Source: Octopus vulgaris (Eukaryota). From it: DNA of 64,000 bases. Where the stretch lies: positions 105,462,001 through 105,526,000 of the forward strand of contig OX597822.1 in NCBI GenBank assembly GCA_951406725.2, given 5' to 3'. Below, piece after piece: positions 25,590 through 37,932 of this stretch. Each line of letters starts with the position of its first letter. Position 1 is the first letter of the stretch. The notes beneath the pieces are model-generated. The model had not been told where the DNA came from, made no database searches, and saw only the letters and a program-made list of their open reading frames with translations. The position numbers and the translations under genes were made by a program.

Positions 25590-26467
25590 TCAGCATGAAT
25601 ACCAATAGCAATTGTAATAATACTACCAACAATAAAAGCAGCAATAGTAACTATCAAAACATAGGTGAAATTAGTAACCACAGAATGACTAATAACATTA
25701 ACATTAATAGTAATAATAGCAATGCCGATATTAGTAGAAGTAATAATGTTAATAATAGAAATAATAGAAATAGGGAAAATAGAGAAAATAAGGAGAATGA
25801 AAATATTAGTGATATCTATAACAACAATATGCAGTCGGATAAAAAGACTAGCAATAATATTAACATTACCAATAATATAAGAAATCATGGTAGGACTTTA
25901 GATCTAAATAATGAAACAGAAGGATCAAGAAATAATAGCAATACTTTAGATATCAGCACCAACTATAGAAATGATAATCAAAATAACAGGAACCTAAAAC
26001 ATCTACCCAAGAATAATCCAAAGCCTGAAGGTGTTCCTCCTGTGTGTAAGTGTAGAATAAAATCAAAATGCCCGGCACCTGGTCTATGTGGAGAAAATAA
26101 TGTAATCTATAAATGTACCATATCCACGGAGAATAACAAATATTATTACATTGGATGTACAATTAATTTTTTAGCTAGAGTTAGAAATCACATCTCGACT
26201 TTTAAATTACGTCATAAAGCTGGTACCACCACACTTTCAAACAAAATCTGGGAACTCAAAAATAATAATAAAAATTATAACCTTAATTGGGAAATAGTTA
26301 GGAGAGCAATTCCGTATAAAAATAGTAGGGTTGGTTGCCAACTATGCTCCATGGAGACATATGAAATTCTAAAGCATAGAAAACATAGAAACCTATTGAA
26401 TAACCATATCGAACTAGGTCAAGTTTGTGTCCACGCTAAATTGAAGACTTTAAAATATTTTAAATGA
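25277..26467 (+). CDS. PLE linker + GIY-YIG endonuclease (same frame as the RT, separated by one TAA)
   Basis: ILWLNIPFN, RISYSTLPNM, an Asn-rich insert, CKCRIKSKCP...C, NVIYKC...YYIGCT...RVRNH, LSNKIWELK, CQLCSMETYEI, CVH. 25277-24158 is a multiple of 3 and 25244-25276 is stop-free. Confidence 0.88.
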
Positions 26468-27967
26468 TTAGAATATTCGTAACTAGATAGATAGATATAA
26501 CCTGTTTTCTACTGGTATAGCACTGCTTTAAGTAGATAACTAAGAGTTCTCACACTACAGTTATCTTTTTCCTATATCTGCATCAGTTTTTTGAGAACAG
26601 GGAAATGAATAGCACTTATTCGCCGCTTAATTGAGGCTTTATTTAATTTCAAACTCACAATTTTTAAATTTTTAAATTCTTAATTTTAAATCTTAATTGT
26701 AATTTTTAATTTTAGTTCCTAACTTAATCTAATTTAATTAGCATAACTCTAATTAATTAAAATGAGTTACTATAGACCCATTATTCTATTTCAAAATTAA
26801 ATAAATGAGACTATTCCCTCGGTGATAATATGATTATCTTCATTATGATAGACAATCCCCTAACACCTTTTAAATGATCTTCTAAGATTTGACCTGTAGT
26901 CCGTCAATGTATGAATAATAACGGCAACTCCTTAAGACAATAAAATGAATAAATTAAGTAAGTAAATTTTAATGACTTTTTGATAAGATTATACCTAGTT
27001 TTCCCTAATGTATTTTCTGGTGATTTTAGCATCTGACCCCGAAACCCCTAACTGTGTTATCTCTTTAGATTCTCTTTAAATTCATAGCTGATTTCAACAG
27101 CAATAAATTAGCTATTTTAACTGGTCAAAGAATAATATTCTCCTCTAATTCCTAGATGCCTGTAAACTAAAACCAGACTTGTCGTCTACTAATTCTTCTG
27201 TATAACTAGAACCCTTTTTATCTTTTTCTTTCTTCTTTTTTCTTTTTTTCTTCTTTTTCTTTTTTCCCTTCCTTCCCTATTTCTTTCTCTTTTCTCTTTT
27301 TTCTTTTTCTTCTTCTTATTCTCTTTTTCCTTTTCTCTTCTCTTTGAGTCCCCCTTTCCCCCCCTTTTTGCTCCCTCCTCTTTTATTTTCTCTCTTTTAT
27401 TTTCTCTCTTTTCTTCTATGCCCCTCCCTTTTCTATTCTATACAGCTCTAGTAAGCCCTTCAGCCTTTAAAAGTTAAATAGCTACAGCCTCTTGTAAATA
27501 GCAGTAATGTGATTAATGTGGCAAATACCTAATCATATAGCAAGAATTGATACCTACCTCATTGTGTTCAACCATTGATAAATTTATCGCCTGTGAATAT
27601 GAAATTCCTTGGAAATTTACACCTACACCATTGGAAATTGTGCATCTATACAAAGGATTAATTCACCCTCTCTGTAATGCTAATAAGCAGGAATTGAAAC
27701 CCACCTCGTTGTAATTAACAATGGATAAATTTGCCTTCTGTGAGTATGTAATCCCTCATCATATCTCTGGAAATTCATATGTGCACTATGGATTGGGTCA
27801 CCTTCTCTGTGATGCTATTAAGACTTTTTTAAAATTCTGTGATAAGACTGTACATCATCTTTAAAGAACTTTAATGAACTTTTGAAATCTGTTTATGTTA
27901 CTTAATTATCTACATTACTTCATGAGTATAGCCTCAACCACTAGGATGTCTAGAGAACTCACATGTA

Positions 27968-28058
27968 TTTTAGCTGATGAGTACGGGACACGTTTATATG
28001 CTGTAATTTTTGCAACTTTTAATAAAACCTGTCCTTGTATGAAACGATTGTACTAAAA
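27968..28058 (+). ncRNA. Type I hammerhead ribozyme in Naiad pLTR
   Basis: TTTTAG-CTGATGA-GTACGGGACA(about 39-nt loop)TGTCCTTGTAT-GAAA-C(GATT)GTA-CTAAAA: 6-bp stem I, GUA cleavage at 28050-28052. Confidence 0.85.
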
Positions 28059-28086
28059 ACCTATCCATTCTTGTTGCTTCATTCTC

Positions 28087-28154
<68 letters not shown>

Positions 28155-28261
28155 CATTCATTCTTTTGTTGTCATACCATTACTATATATATATATATAT
28201 ATAAGAAGTTGAAAGTGCCCTAAGATTCCATCAGATACTTTATTTTATATATATATATATA

Positions 28262-28515
28262 TTTCTTTTTGGGATTTTGTTTGCAAGATTCTTTATATGA
28301 GTTCATGTGTTGAAGCATATTCTGTTGTGTCTAGGGAGAGTCATTCTCTTTTAGTGCCTTATTATTTAACACACTCACCGGTAAAATGTCCACTTATTTC
28401 TTATTTTTATTTAAAAAATTTTCGTTGCGTGTTGCAACCTTTTCAATAGTCTTGACTTTTACCGGTGAGTGTGTTAAATAATAAGGCACTAAAAATGAAT
28501 GACTCTCCCAAGGCA
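28262..28515. mobile_element. Inverted pLTR-pair mini-element with U3-A8 hammerhead-like core
   Basis: 28323-28386 is an imperfect reverse complement of 28457-28520. Minus strand 28420-28450 reads cta-TTGAAAA-g-gttgc(aacac)gcaac-GAAA. Same tail as 9925-9990. Flanked by (TA)n. Confidence 0.65.
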
Positions 28516-28595
28516 CAACATAATATATATACACATACATATATGTATATAAAGGTAGATACATAGGTATACGCAAGATACACACACATGCACCC

Positions 28596-28651
<56 letters not shown>

Positions 28652-29493
28652 CCGTTTTCTTCTCTGTTTCCGTTTCACAAAATACGCTTGCACACTATAG
28701 CTAAAATCGAGTCTATTCTAGGAGACACTTATGGTCCACACACTGTTCTTCGTCCTTGAGTGTCCGAACGATGTTGTCTTCAAAGCAATCTTGATATTTT
28801 CAATACAGTTATTTCTACACTGGTACTGATAATATTTATTTAAGTATAAACTTCTCACCGAAATCAAGTGCTTCAAGTACTTTAATTATGAATCAAACTT
28901 GAATTGAATTTTATCAACTGACTTCTTTCAATTAGAGATAATTCTATTCTTGTTATTAAAATTTGATAAAATCGTATCTAAGTGCTGAATCAAGAGGTTT
29001 TAGATTCTGTGTAGGAAAGCTTTGTTGAAATTATTGTCCAATAAAATATCTTGCATAAGAAATTCTTTCAGTATCAATAGTAAATAGGATAAAAATTATA
29101 GTAACATTTGTGAAACTGAAAAATACATTCGTGTTATCGGAGTTACACAAATCGAGTACATTTTAGACCACCATCAACAGGGAGCACTTAATGCGGGTAT
29201 TCAGCTTGCTACAAACAGCAACAAGATTTGCTTAAAATCACACCCTACATACTTTTCTGTAAATCATAATGTTTCTAGACGTACTATTTGTTTATGCCTG
29301 ATATACATATGACTTCTTTGCCGTGGCTAACATGAGGCTAAATAACATCATTTGCAGGCCCCTTCCTGAATCTTGTTGACATAATTTTTCTGGGTATCTG
29401 AAGTCTTAGTGCAAGTTCAATAGTGTCTCAGGAAGACTATATTTGATTTAAAAATATCACTTCCGGATATTACCTATACATACTTATACATAC

Positions 29494-29708
29494 TGGCGGC
29501 AAGCTTGCAGAAACGTTAGCGCGACGGGTGAAATGCTCAGCGGTATTACGTCTGTCGTTACGTTCTGAGTTCAAATTCCGCCGAGGTCGACTTTGCCTGT
29601 CTTCAGTTCGGGGTCGATTAAATAAGTACAGTTACGCACTGGGGTCGATGTAATCGACTTAATTCATTTGTCTGTCCTTGTTTAGCCCCTTGTGGGTAAT
29701 AAATAAAC
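29494..29708 (+). mobile_element. SINE family B
   Basis: GGCGGCAAGCTTGCAGAAACGTTAGC head, GTTCAAATTCC B box, TSD TATACATACTG. Confidence 0.88.
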
Positions 29709-31610
29709 ATATACATACTGAGGCTGTACCTATTTTATGAGAATTTCTTCAGTACCTTATTAGATCTTACTGTAATTGTTCTATTTTTTGTGTGTATGCA
29801 GTTTTTTTTAGTTTGTTTTGACTGTGTATGAGGGGAAACTATCAGTAGAGTATTATTGAACTTGAAACCATTTATACAACAACTCAGATTACACTGGTCC
29901 TAGTTCTCTGATATACAATTTCTGTTTTGAAATTATCTAAATTAAATATACTCAATTAAAATTTCATGCTAATTTACGTTTAAAATTCAGCTTAATAACG
30001 AACAGTTATTATAACTAATAGTTCAGTACTTTCAAAATTCATTAAAACAATGGCAGTATACCTCAGCAGAAATTTGGTAATAAAATGTTTTAAGTTTTCT
30101 CAGTTAAAAGCTTCCATCATAGTTTGATGTAAATTTATATCGGAAAAACAAGTATAATAATGACTAAATTTTACTATATCATTTATTATTTTCAAAATTA
30201 ATCACACCGCTTACTATAGTAGCAACATATTGGTTAGGTTCATTCCTTCCTTTTCACCTGCACCTCTTCCCATACCCTAAAACTGCCTGCGTCTGCCCAT
30301 AAGTGCGTCATAACCAAGAAACAATATCAGAAAATACTTCAAAGTGAAGGAGGCATGCAGTTGACAGGTTCGTTTGTTAGAGTGTAGGAAACAATCTCTT
30401 TGTGTCTTGAATTCAAACCCTTCCATAATCAAGTCACCTTTTTCTTCCCGGCGTCAATAAAAAGAAGTACAAGTCTAGGTTGATGGATGGGTGTAAATGG
30501 GTGTAAATCTGAGTTCATGAATGGTAGATGCAACTTGTCACCCTCTTTAATACTAACACGTTGTTCGTTGGTGAGGGTCTTTAGGAGAATTTACTCTGTT
30601 GTAAGTATTTGAGCCCTATCTCTGGGTTCAGAATAACTTATGCTTCCCTTCTGCCTGGTTGAGAATACCTGAAAAATAAATGTTCATGAGCGCTGTACTT
30701 ATCTCTTAGACTAAGCTATAAAAAAAGTAATAAATATAGTAAAGAAACTCCGTTAAAACATGTTTTTAATTTAATAGGTCGGCATTGCAGTATACAAAGA
30801 TACTTTGAAATACAATACATAATGGTGCTAAATTCGTAGACATAAAAACGATATTCAGTAGAAACAAGAACCATGTCTGAGGGAAAGGCATATAAAAGCA
30901 GAGAGATGGAGGGGAATGGTAGAGAAATGTGATAAAGAGAGAGGCTGACTTTGATTCGATAAGTTTTGAATAGCAGCATATATTTGGTAAAGCAGTAGGT
31001 TGAAAGGAGAATATATGTTTCCTGTCTAAAATAACACACAAATTTATCGAAGTGTGACGTTACATTATTGTGCCTGTGGTACAATAATGTCACTCTATAG
31101 CAAAGTTTAATTGTTTTTCGTATATGATGATCAATAGACTTATTGAAAAACTGCACTAGCTATAATATGGATTTCGTCAGTAAAGCACACACACAAGCAC
31201 AAAGCAACACCAACAACAACCACAGTTACTACATAAGACTTACAATTAGACATACATCACACACGCTAACACAAAAATGCCTATATATATATTACACACG
31301 AATATATTTATATATGTATAAACACACAAGTTTTTACATATAAAGACAGAGAAAGAGAGGGAGAGAGAGAAAGATGTGGGGAAACGTATACATAGGTGGT
31401 TTAATAGATTAATAGCAGTATGCATCATGCGTTTGTGTGTGTGCATACGTTTACGTCTTTGTGCTTACACATCTACATGAGTTTGTATAGGTATGAATGT
31501 CTCTATATACGCACACAGATATGCAGCCGGAAATATACATACAAATGTGCGTATATCTATATGTAGATATATGTGTGTGAGTGTGTGGCTATGTATATAA
31601 ACATGTGTAC

Positions 31611-31648
<38 letters not shown>

Positions 31649-31702
31649 TCAGCATACATACACACACATATATTTATATATGTGTGTGTGTGTCTCTCTG
31701 TC

Positions 31703-31809
<107 letters not shown>

Positions 31810-32231
31810 ATGGTGATATCGAAACAAGCAGGGCTTAATAGAATTTTCCTCGAGAGCTCTGTCGAGAATAATGAGTTATTAGTTCTTAAAGTGCGAAACA
31901 ATTTCGTTTCTAATCTAAAAGGAAATTATTCCAATCCTATTCAAAATAAGATTGAAGTTACTTGAATTAAACAAATTCTCCGATGGCTTATATTTTCATG
32001 ATAAAATGTCATTAGAAAATTATGGATAGTGTTATATAAATAAATCTGAATTTCTAAATATTCTCATAGATTCCTAATTACGAAATAAAATATTTCATTT
32101 TATAAGTTCAAAGACGATTCTCCAATTATTGTCAGAATTGCTTTTCAAATCTTTAATGGCAGCAGAAAAAAGATATTAATGGTTTTCATAGATTGACAAA
32201 CACATTGTTTTTAATGATCATGTGTACATAT

Positions 32232-32281
<50 letters not shown>

Positions 32282-32343
32282 TTATATATATGTGTGTATG
32301 TATGTATGTATGTATGTATGTATGTATGTATGTATGTATATAT

Positions 32344-32897
32344 AATCTAACACGGGACTAGTGCCGAACTAACAGCAGAGCTTGAAGCAGTCCAACGCCA
32401 ATACACTAAAAGGATTGAAATAGTGCAGAGGATGAGCTATAGGGATAGGCTGAGAAAGCTAACACTTTACTCCTAGAAGGGTTTGTACTTAATTTCGGCA
32501 TTGAGCGTTATACAAATGCCAGAACCGGCCGCTATTTTATTGTACAAAACGTGCCATCCACCGCATCTAAATTCAGGACCAGGTACTGCGTTAGTCTAGG
32601 GTCCAAAGGCCCCCAGCTTTTCAATGCACTGCCACCAAAAGTAAGAAGTCTGCAATAGGGGGAAGTAGATGTCTTCAAAAAGGAACAAGACACCCTCTTC
32701 TCCACAATAACAGATGGACTGTGATGAGGTGCAGATGTGCAGATATGAGGTGCAGATGTGGTCAGCAGAATCAAACTCCCTTATAATCCAAATGGGCCAA
32801 CAGGCTGGGATAATAGAAGAGTAGTGATGTGAAACACCACAGACTGTGGAAATCAAAAAGACCACGTTGGTGCTCCAGCATGACCGCAGCCGCATGA
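32344..32897 (+). mobile_element. CR1-like LINE 3' fragment
   Basis: AELEAVQRQYTKRI...SYRDRLRKLTLYS and GPQLFNALP...VDVFKK match CR1-group ORF2 C-termini; disrupted. Confidence 0.75.
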
Positions 32898-32915
32898 TAT
32901 ATATATATATATATA

Positions 32916-33340
32916 TACTCTTTTACTCTTTTACGCTTTTACTTGTTTCAGTCATTTGGCTGCGGCCATGCTGGAGCACCGCTTTTAGTCGAACAAATCG
33001 ACCCCAGGGACTTATTCTTTGTAAGCCCAGTACTTATTTTATCGGTAAATTTTGCCGAACCGCTAAGTGACGGGGACGTAAACACACCAACATTGGTTGT
33101 CAAGCAATGCTAGGGGGACAAACACAGACACACAAACAGACACACACACATATATATATATATATATACATATATACGACAGGCTTCTTTCAGTTTCCGT
33201 CTACCAAATCCACTCACAAGGCATTGGTCGGCCCGGGGCTATAGCAGAAGACACTTGCCCAAGATGCCACGCAGTGGGACTGAACCCGGAACCATGTGGT
33301 TGGTTAGCAAGCTAATTACCACACAGCCACTCATGCGCCT
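32916..33340 (-). mobile_element. SINE family A (full length)
   Basis: Matches the other family A copies. Confidence 0.9.
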
Positions 33341-33584
33341 GTGTATATATATATATACACACAAATATATTCATTTATTCGTTTCAACCCAAAGCTTGGT
33401 CACACTGGGGCACCGCCATTAACATAGACATCGTGAAGCATTTTGTCCGACGCTGTAACATTTCTGCCACTCGGGCACTAAGGAAATTATATGTATACAT
33501 ATATGTGTGTGTGAGTGTGGATTTTGTCTATGTATATATATATGTGAGTGTGTATGTGTGTGTGCGTGTATGTATGTATGTATG

Positions 33585-33616
<32 letters not shown>

Positions 33617-33680
33617 CACTTGCATACATACATACATGCGTACGTACATACATACATACATACATACATACATACATACA

Positions 33681-33712
<32 letters not shown>

Positions 33713-34579
33713 ATGAAGAATATCATACCTGCATACTACATTCCATGCATGCTCGGGGAGGTATTACCTGTGATGCTTTACAGGTAGTAGGGGTTTTGAG
33801 TCTTCCCACATTGGTTTTCCTCACCCACTTGTCCCGGAGTTGATCTCATTGCAACTTGCATCTCTGTAGCAGCAAACGTGATGGGACTTCTTACCCCGAA
33901 GCTATCTAAGTGGCCTTCTTTTTAGTTTCAGTGCTCCGATGTATTGCCCTTCTGATTTTGCACCAATATCGCCAAGCTGTGTCAGAAAGACGACCTATCA
34001 GTAAAGGGCAGAAATATTAGAATCTTTTTTGGAAAAGATATACCTCTTAGAAATAGGACAAAGTAATATGAGTGGCATTTTACTAACAAATTTCAAATTT
34101 CCCGTTATTTTCCCCTCATTATCATTGTTGAGTATGTCTGATTCGCAATGCAAAAATTATCATTGCGATTCAAAATAATTTGACTGAATCAATAAATAAT
34201 TTATGATACCATGCTATCACCCCTCGCAAGACCGATATCACACCCATCTATTCCGTTCCTAATCTTATTTCTGTTCGCATCCTTTGAAAATGGCAATCCA
34301 CACTCTTCTCTATATAAAAGTTGATATAGATTTGTAACGGGAACTAGTAGCTTCATGCACTTTTAGAGTGCATGTGGTTCATACAAATTACCGTTGCTTT
34401 AATATCCAGATTCTACCAGTCAGAAACAACAAGACGCAAACGTAAAAAAATATATATACACTTTATTGTTTTATAACAGTAAGAAATAAGTAGTGTATCT
34501 GGTATCCCTTTGGTTCTGGATGTGCAAGGCTGAACTTTACGCTGTAAGATTTTCCAATGTTCAGCCGCTAAAAACAGAA

Positions 34580-34800
34580 CTAGTCAAAAATGGCGTCTTT
34601 AGGGAGAGCGAAAATAATGTGGTCTGCAACCTTCAGTCGCCGCGTCTCAAGTCAGCCTACTGCTGCTATGTCTCTCCGGACCCTTTTAAGGTTCACGCTC
34701 CCTTGCCTCGGCTAACTGCCACGTCAGCAAAATTCCCTCTTCCGGTCTTCGCGTATGCGCGAGAGGGCGTTGCGCGCGCGCGCTGTTGGATAGCGTCACT
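34580..34800. promoter_or_regulatory. CpG-rich island with promoter-type motifs
   Basis: GC/CpG-rich patch in an AT-rich background. AAAATGGCG (YY1-like), TTCCGG (ETS), CCACGTCA (TGACGTGG on the minus strand), GCGCGCGCGC. Confidence 0.3.
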
Positions 34801-35726
34801 ACAGATTTTAAACCATAGATGTCTCAACTCGCATTGAACTCTACGTATATCTCTACAAAATGACTTGAATGCATTAATATTTAGCACAGTCGTATATTTT
34901 TATCGTACATCATCATAGTCAGATCAACCTTTTGTGTCTAGTCTTCAGTTGTATATTTTAAGAATTTTTATTGGGGTTACACTGATCGTGTTTTTCTGAT
35001 TAACTATAAAGGATGAGTCATATGCGGAAAAGATGAAAGGAACCATTACGTCACATATTTCACTTGATAGTGTATTGCCAAATGACAACAGTCTACGAGA
35101 TCATATTGGAATTTACAGATTTCTGATTCATTAGCAGTTGGATTTTACACTCAAAGATTGCCGTCATGAGTTGGACAAAACCTTCACAACTTTGACCTCG
35201 AAATATGTGATCCAAATTAGAAATTACAACCACGCATTGCATAGGATGACTTTAGTCACATGTCTTTCAATAAATTCGTCATTAATGTTGCAAGTAATTG
35301 GGTAATTAAGGTAAGAATATTCATGATAAAATAACAAAAGCTACTTCAAACTTGGCTCCCAATTTGAAGCCTGTAATCTATAGACTTAATTATACCCGTT
35401 TTCATTAGGTTTGACCTAATTCATCCTGATTAATTCACATCAATACATTCTATAATATATGCCACCCCATTTTATTACTCCCCAGCAACAATTCCAATTA
35501 TTCGTCTCTTCACATTTTCAAAATAATCATTATAAACTTATCACACTTTCCATATTTTCAAATTCCTTATTTACCAAGAATATTTGCGTTTCACTCTTCA
35601 TAGGTCCAGGTGTGGCGGTGTGACAATTAGTTTGTTTCCCAATCGCGTAGTTCTGTTTTCAGTCCCACTGGATGTTACCTTAGGCAAGTGTTTTCTATTA
35701 AGGCCTCAGGCTGACTATATGCATAT

Positions 35727-35814
<88 letters not shown>

Positions 35815-35816
<2 letters not shown>

Positions 35817-36030
35817 CGGGAAGCTTTATGAAATAGACAAAAGACGAAGGCAGGTGGAAAACAAACAAACAATTGTATTGGTATGGCGCTCAGGAAATAT
35901 AAATAAAACAAGTCTTTAACGTTTCGAGCCTACACTCTTCAACAGAAAGATACACAGAGAGAAAAAAAAACACAGAAAGAAGGAGAGAAAAAAAATGCGT
36001 GCAGTAACTAACGAATCAATATGGCGATCT
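35815..36030 (-). mobile_element. Solo Penelope-like pLTR end with hammerhead (A6U variant, 35913-35950)
   Basis: Minus strand: tcttt-CTGTTGA-a-gagt(gtag)gctc-GAAA-CGTT-aaaga. The 3' end is fused to (TA)n. Confidence 0.75.
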
Positions 36031-36737
36031 GATTTCGGCCAGAAGTCAAAGATCAAACATGAGACGCGAGAGCGAAATTAGGGGAGATAATAGGGTTGAT
36101 AATAGGGTTGAATGACCAGCTCCAACATAAGGGTGTGTGTGTGTGTGTGTGTGTATGAGAGAGTATTAGTGCGTATGAGAAGTCTGGGCGTGTGTATGTA
36201 TAGGGTTGGTGTATGTATTAGTATGTATTAGTATGTATAAGGGTGATATATATATATATATATATATATATCTTTGGGTGTGTGTGTGAATCGATATGCA
36301 AACAGCAAGTGACCTGTATCAGCTACTAATCTATTCATGTGGCATCACCATCTTGACTTGCACTCGAATGTTATTTTGTCTCAGCCTGCTGCCATTTGTT
36401 GCCTTCTAAGACAAAAGTACGAAATAGGAAAATTCTAAGTATCACTCCGGATGCCATCAGACAAATAAGCAAATAAATTCGATATTTATATTCTTATAAC
36501 ATGAATTGATATCTCTCGTTCATTATCACAAACGCTCTCTCTCTCCCTCTTCTCCTCTCTCTCTCCCTCGTCTCCTCTCTCTCCCCCCTGCTCCTCTCTC
36601 TCTCCCTCTTCTTTTACCTCTCCCTCTTCTCTTCTCCCTTCCTCTTCTCTCACTCCCTCTTCTTTCTCTCTCTCTATATATATAATGTATATATATATAT
36701 ATATACACATGTCTGAACATTCGTATACATACACACA

Positions 36738-36786
<49 letters not shown>

Positions 36787-37703
36787 AGACATATATATAT
36801 ATATAAACTTATACACACACACATACATATATACAAGCTATTTAATGAGGCAGGTCTGTGAGACCAATATATTTCCAATTCCTTTCATCTTGGCCCGGTT
36901 GGAACGCCCTAAATTATAGGATAGATTATCTGGAAATGAAACATTCATACCTTTACGATTATCATTGTCAGTTTTTACGGTTATCAAAAGGCCCTCTTTG
37001 CTTTGCATTCGGGGAGGTGTCTTACCACTTTAGGTCATTCACTGATCCAGAACAATATTAAATTCAAATTCTTTTGTGCTGTCTGTAGTTTTTATTACTT
37101 CATTTCATGATTATGTCTTCGAGAGCACATTCTTTCGATACTTGTCTGTCAATGCGTTTTTTTTCTTCTTCCAACAACCACTCAGAAAAGCGAAAGAAAA
37201 TGTATCTCAAATGTAAAACAGAAAACATTTATTGGAGTAAAATAACTTTTTATTGAAGTTAAATATATGGAAGCAGTGATGTGAAGCCGCACAATATACT
37301 TCAACTTAGAAACCTGTATATTATTCTCAAATTACTATGGAGGAAAAAATAAAGCATTTCAAAAGCACTTAAAAATATGCACTTCATGATTTAGGTTCCC
37401 AGTCGAAGTCGTTTGAATTCATTTATGCTGTTAATGTTTTACGAATTGTTACAATTTGCATCTCTATCCTTGAGAACCTTTGTGACGAAGAAAATTCCGA
37501 TTTTCCTACATGTTTTAAGTTTAAATACGTTATATATAGTTTTTTTTTTCTGTTGTTGTAGTTTCTCTCAGGTCAGACCCGAACGAGAAGGCCTAGAATC
37601 AAATGTGTTCCAAGTTTGACCATCCTGTCAGTTTTTTTGTTATATCTATTACCACATTATTTAATGTGTAGTTCCTCCACCTTTAAGACAGCAGGTTGGA
37701 GTT

Positions 37704-37932
37704 TGGCGAGCTGGCAGAATCGTTAGCACGCCGGGCAAAATGCTTAGCAGTATTTCGCCTGCCGTTACGTTCTGAGTTCAAATTCCGCCGAGGTCGACTT
37801 TGCCTGTCATCCTTTCGGGGTCGATAAATTGAGTACCAGTTACGCACTGGGGTCGATGTAATCGACTTAATCCGTTTGTCTCTCCTTGTTTGTCACCTCT
37901 GTGTTTAGCCCCTTGTGGGTAGTAAAGAAATA
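37704..37932 (+). mobile_element. SINE family B
   Basis: Full head, body and tail; TSD TTGGAGTTTG. Confidence 0.9.

Larger units (their letters stand above)
23911..28087 (+). mobile_element. Naiad-type Penelope-like retroelement, 5'-truncated, with inverted 5' pLTR
   Basis: RT + GIY-YIG ORF, about 1.5 kb 3' UTR, and a pLTR at 27941-28087 mirrored as an inverted copy at 24033-24179 that extends to about 23911. Both ends are in (TA)n. Confidence 0.9.

Noticed and set aside
25241-26900. Selenoprotein-type Naiad (UGA recoding + SECIS)
   Set aside because: The internal stop is TAA, the endonuclease cysteines are ordinary Cys codons, and I could not identify a convincing SECIS by eye.
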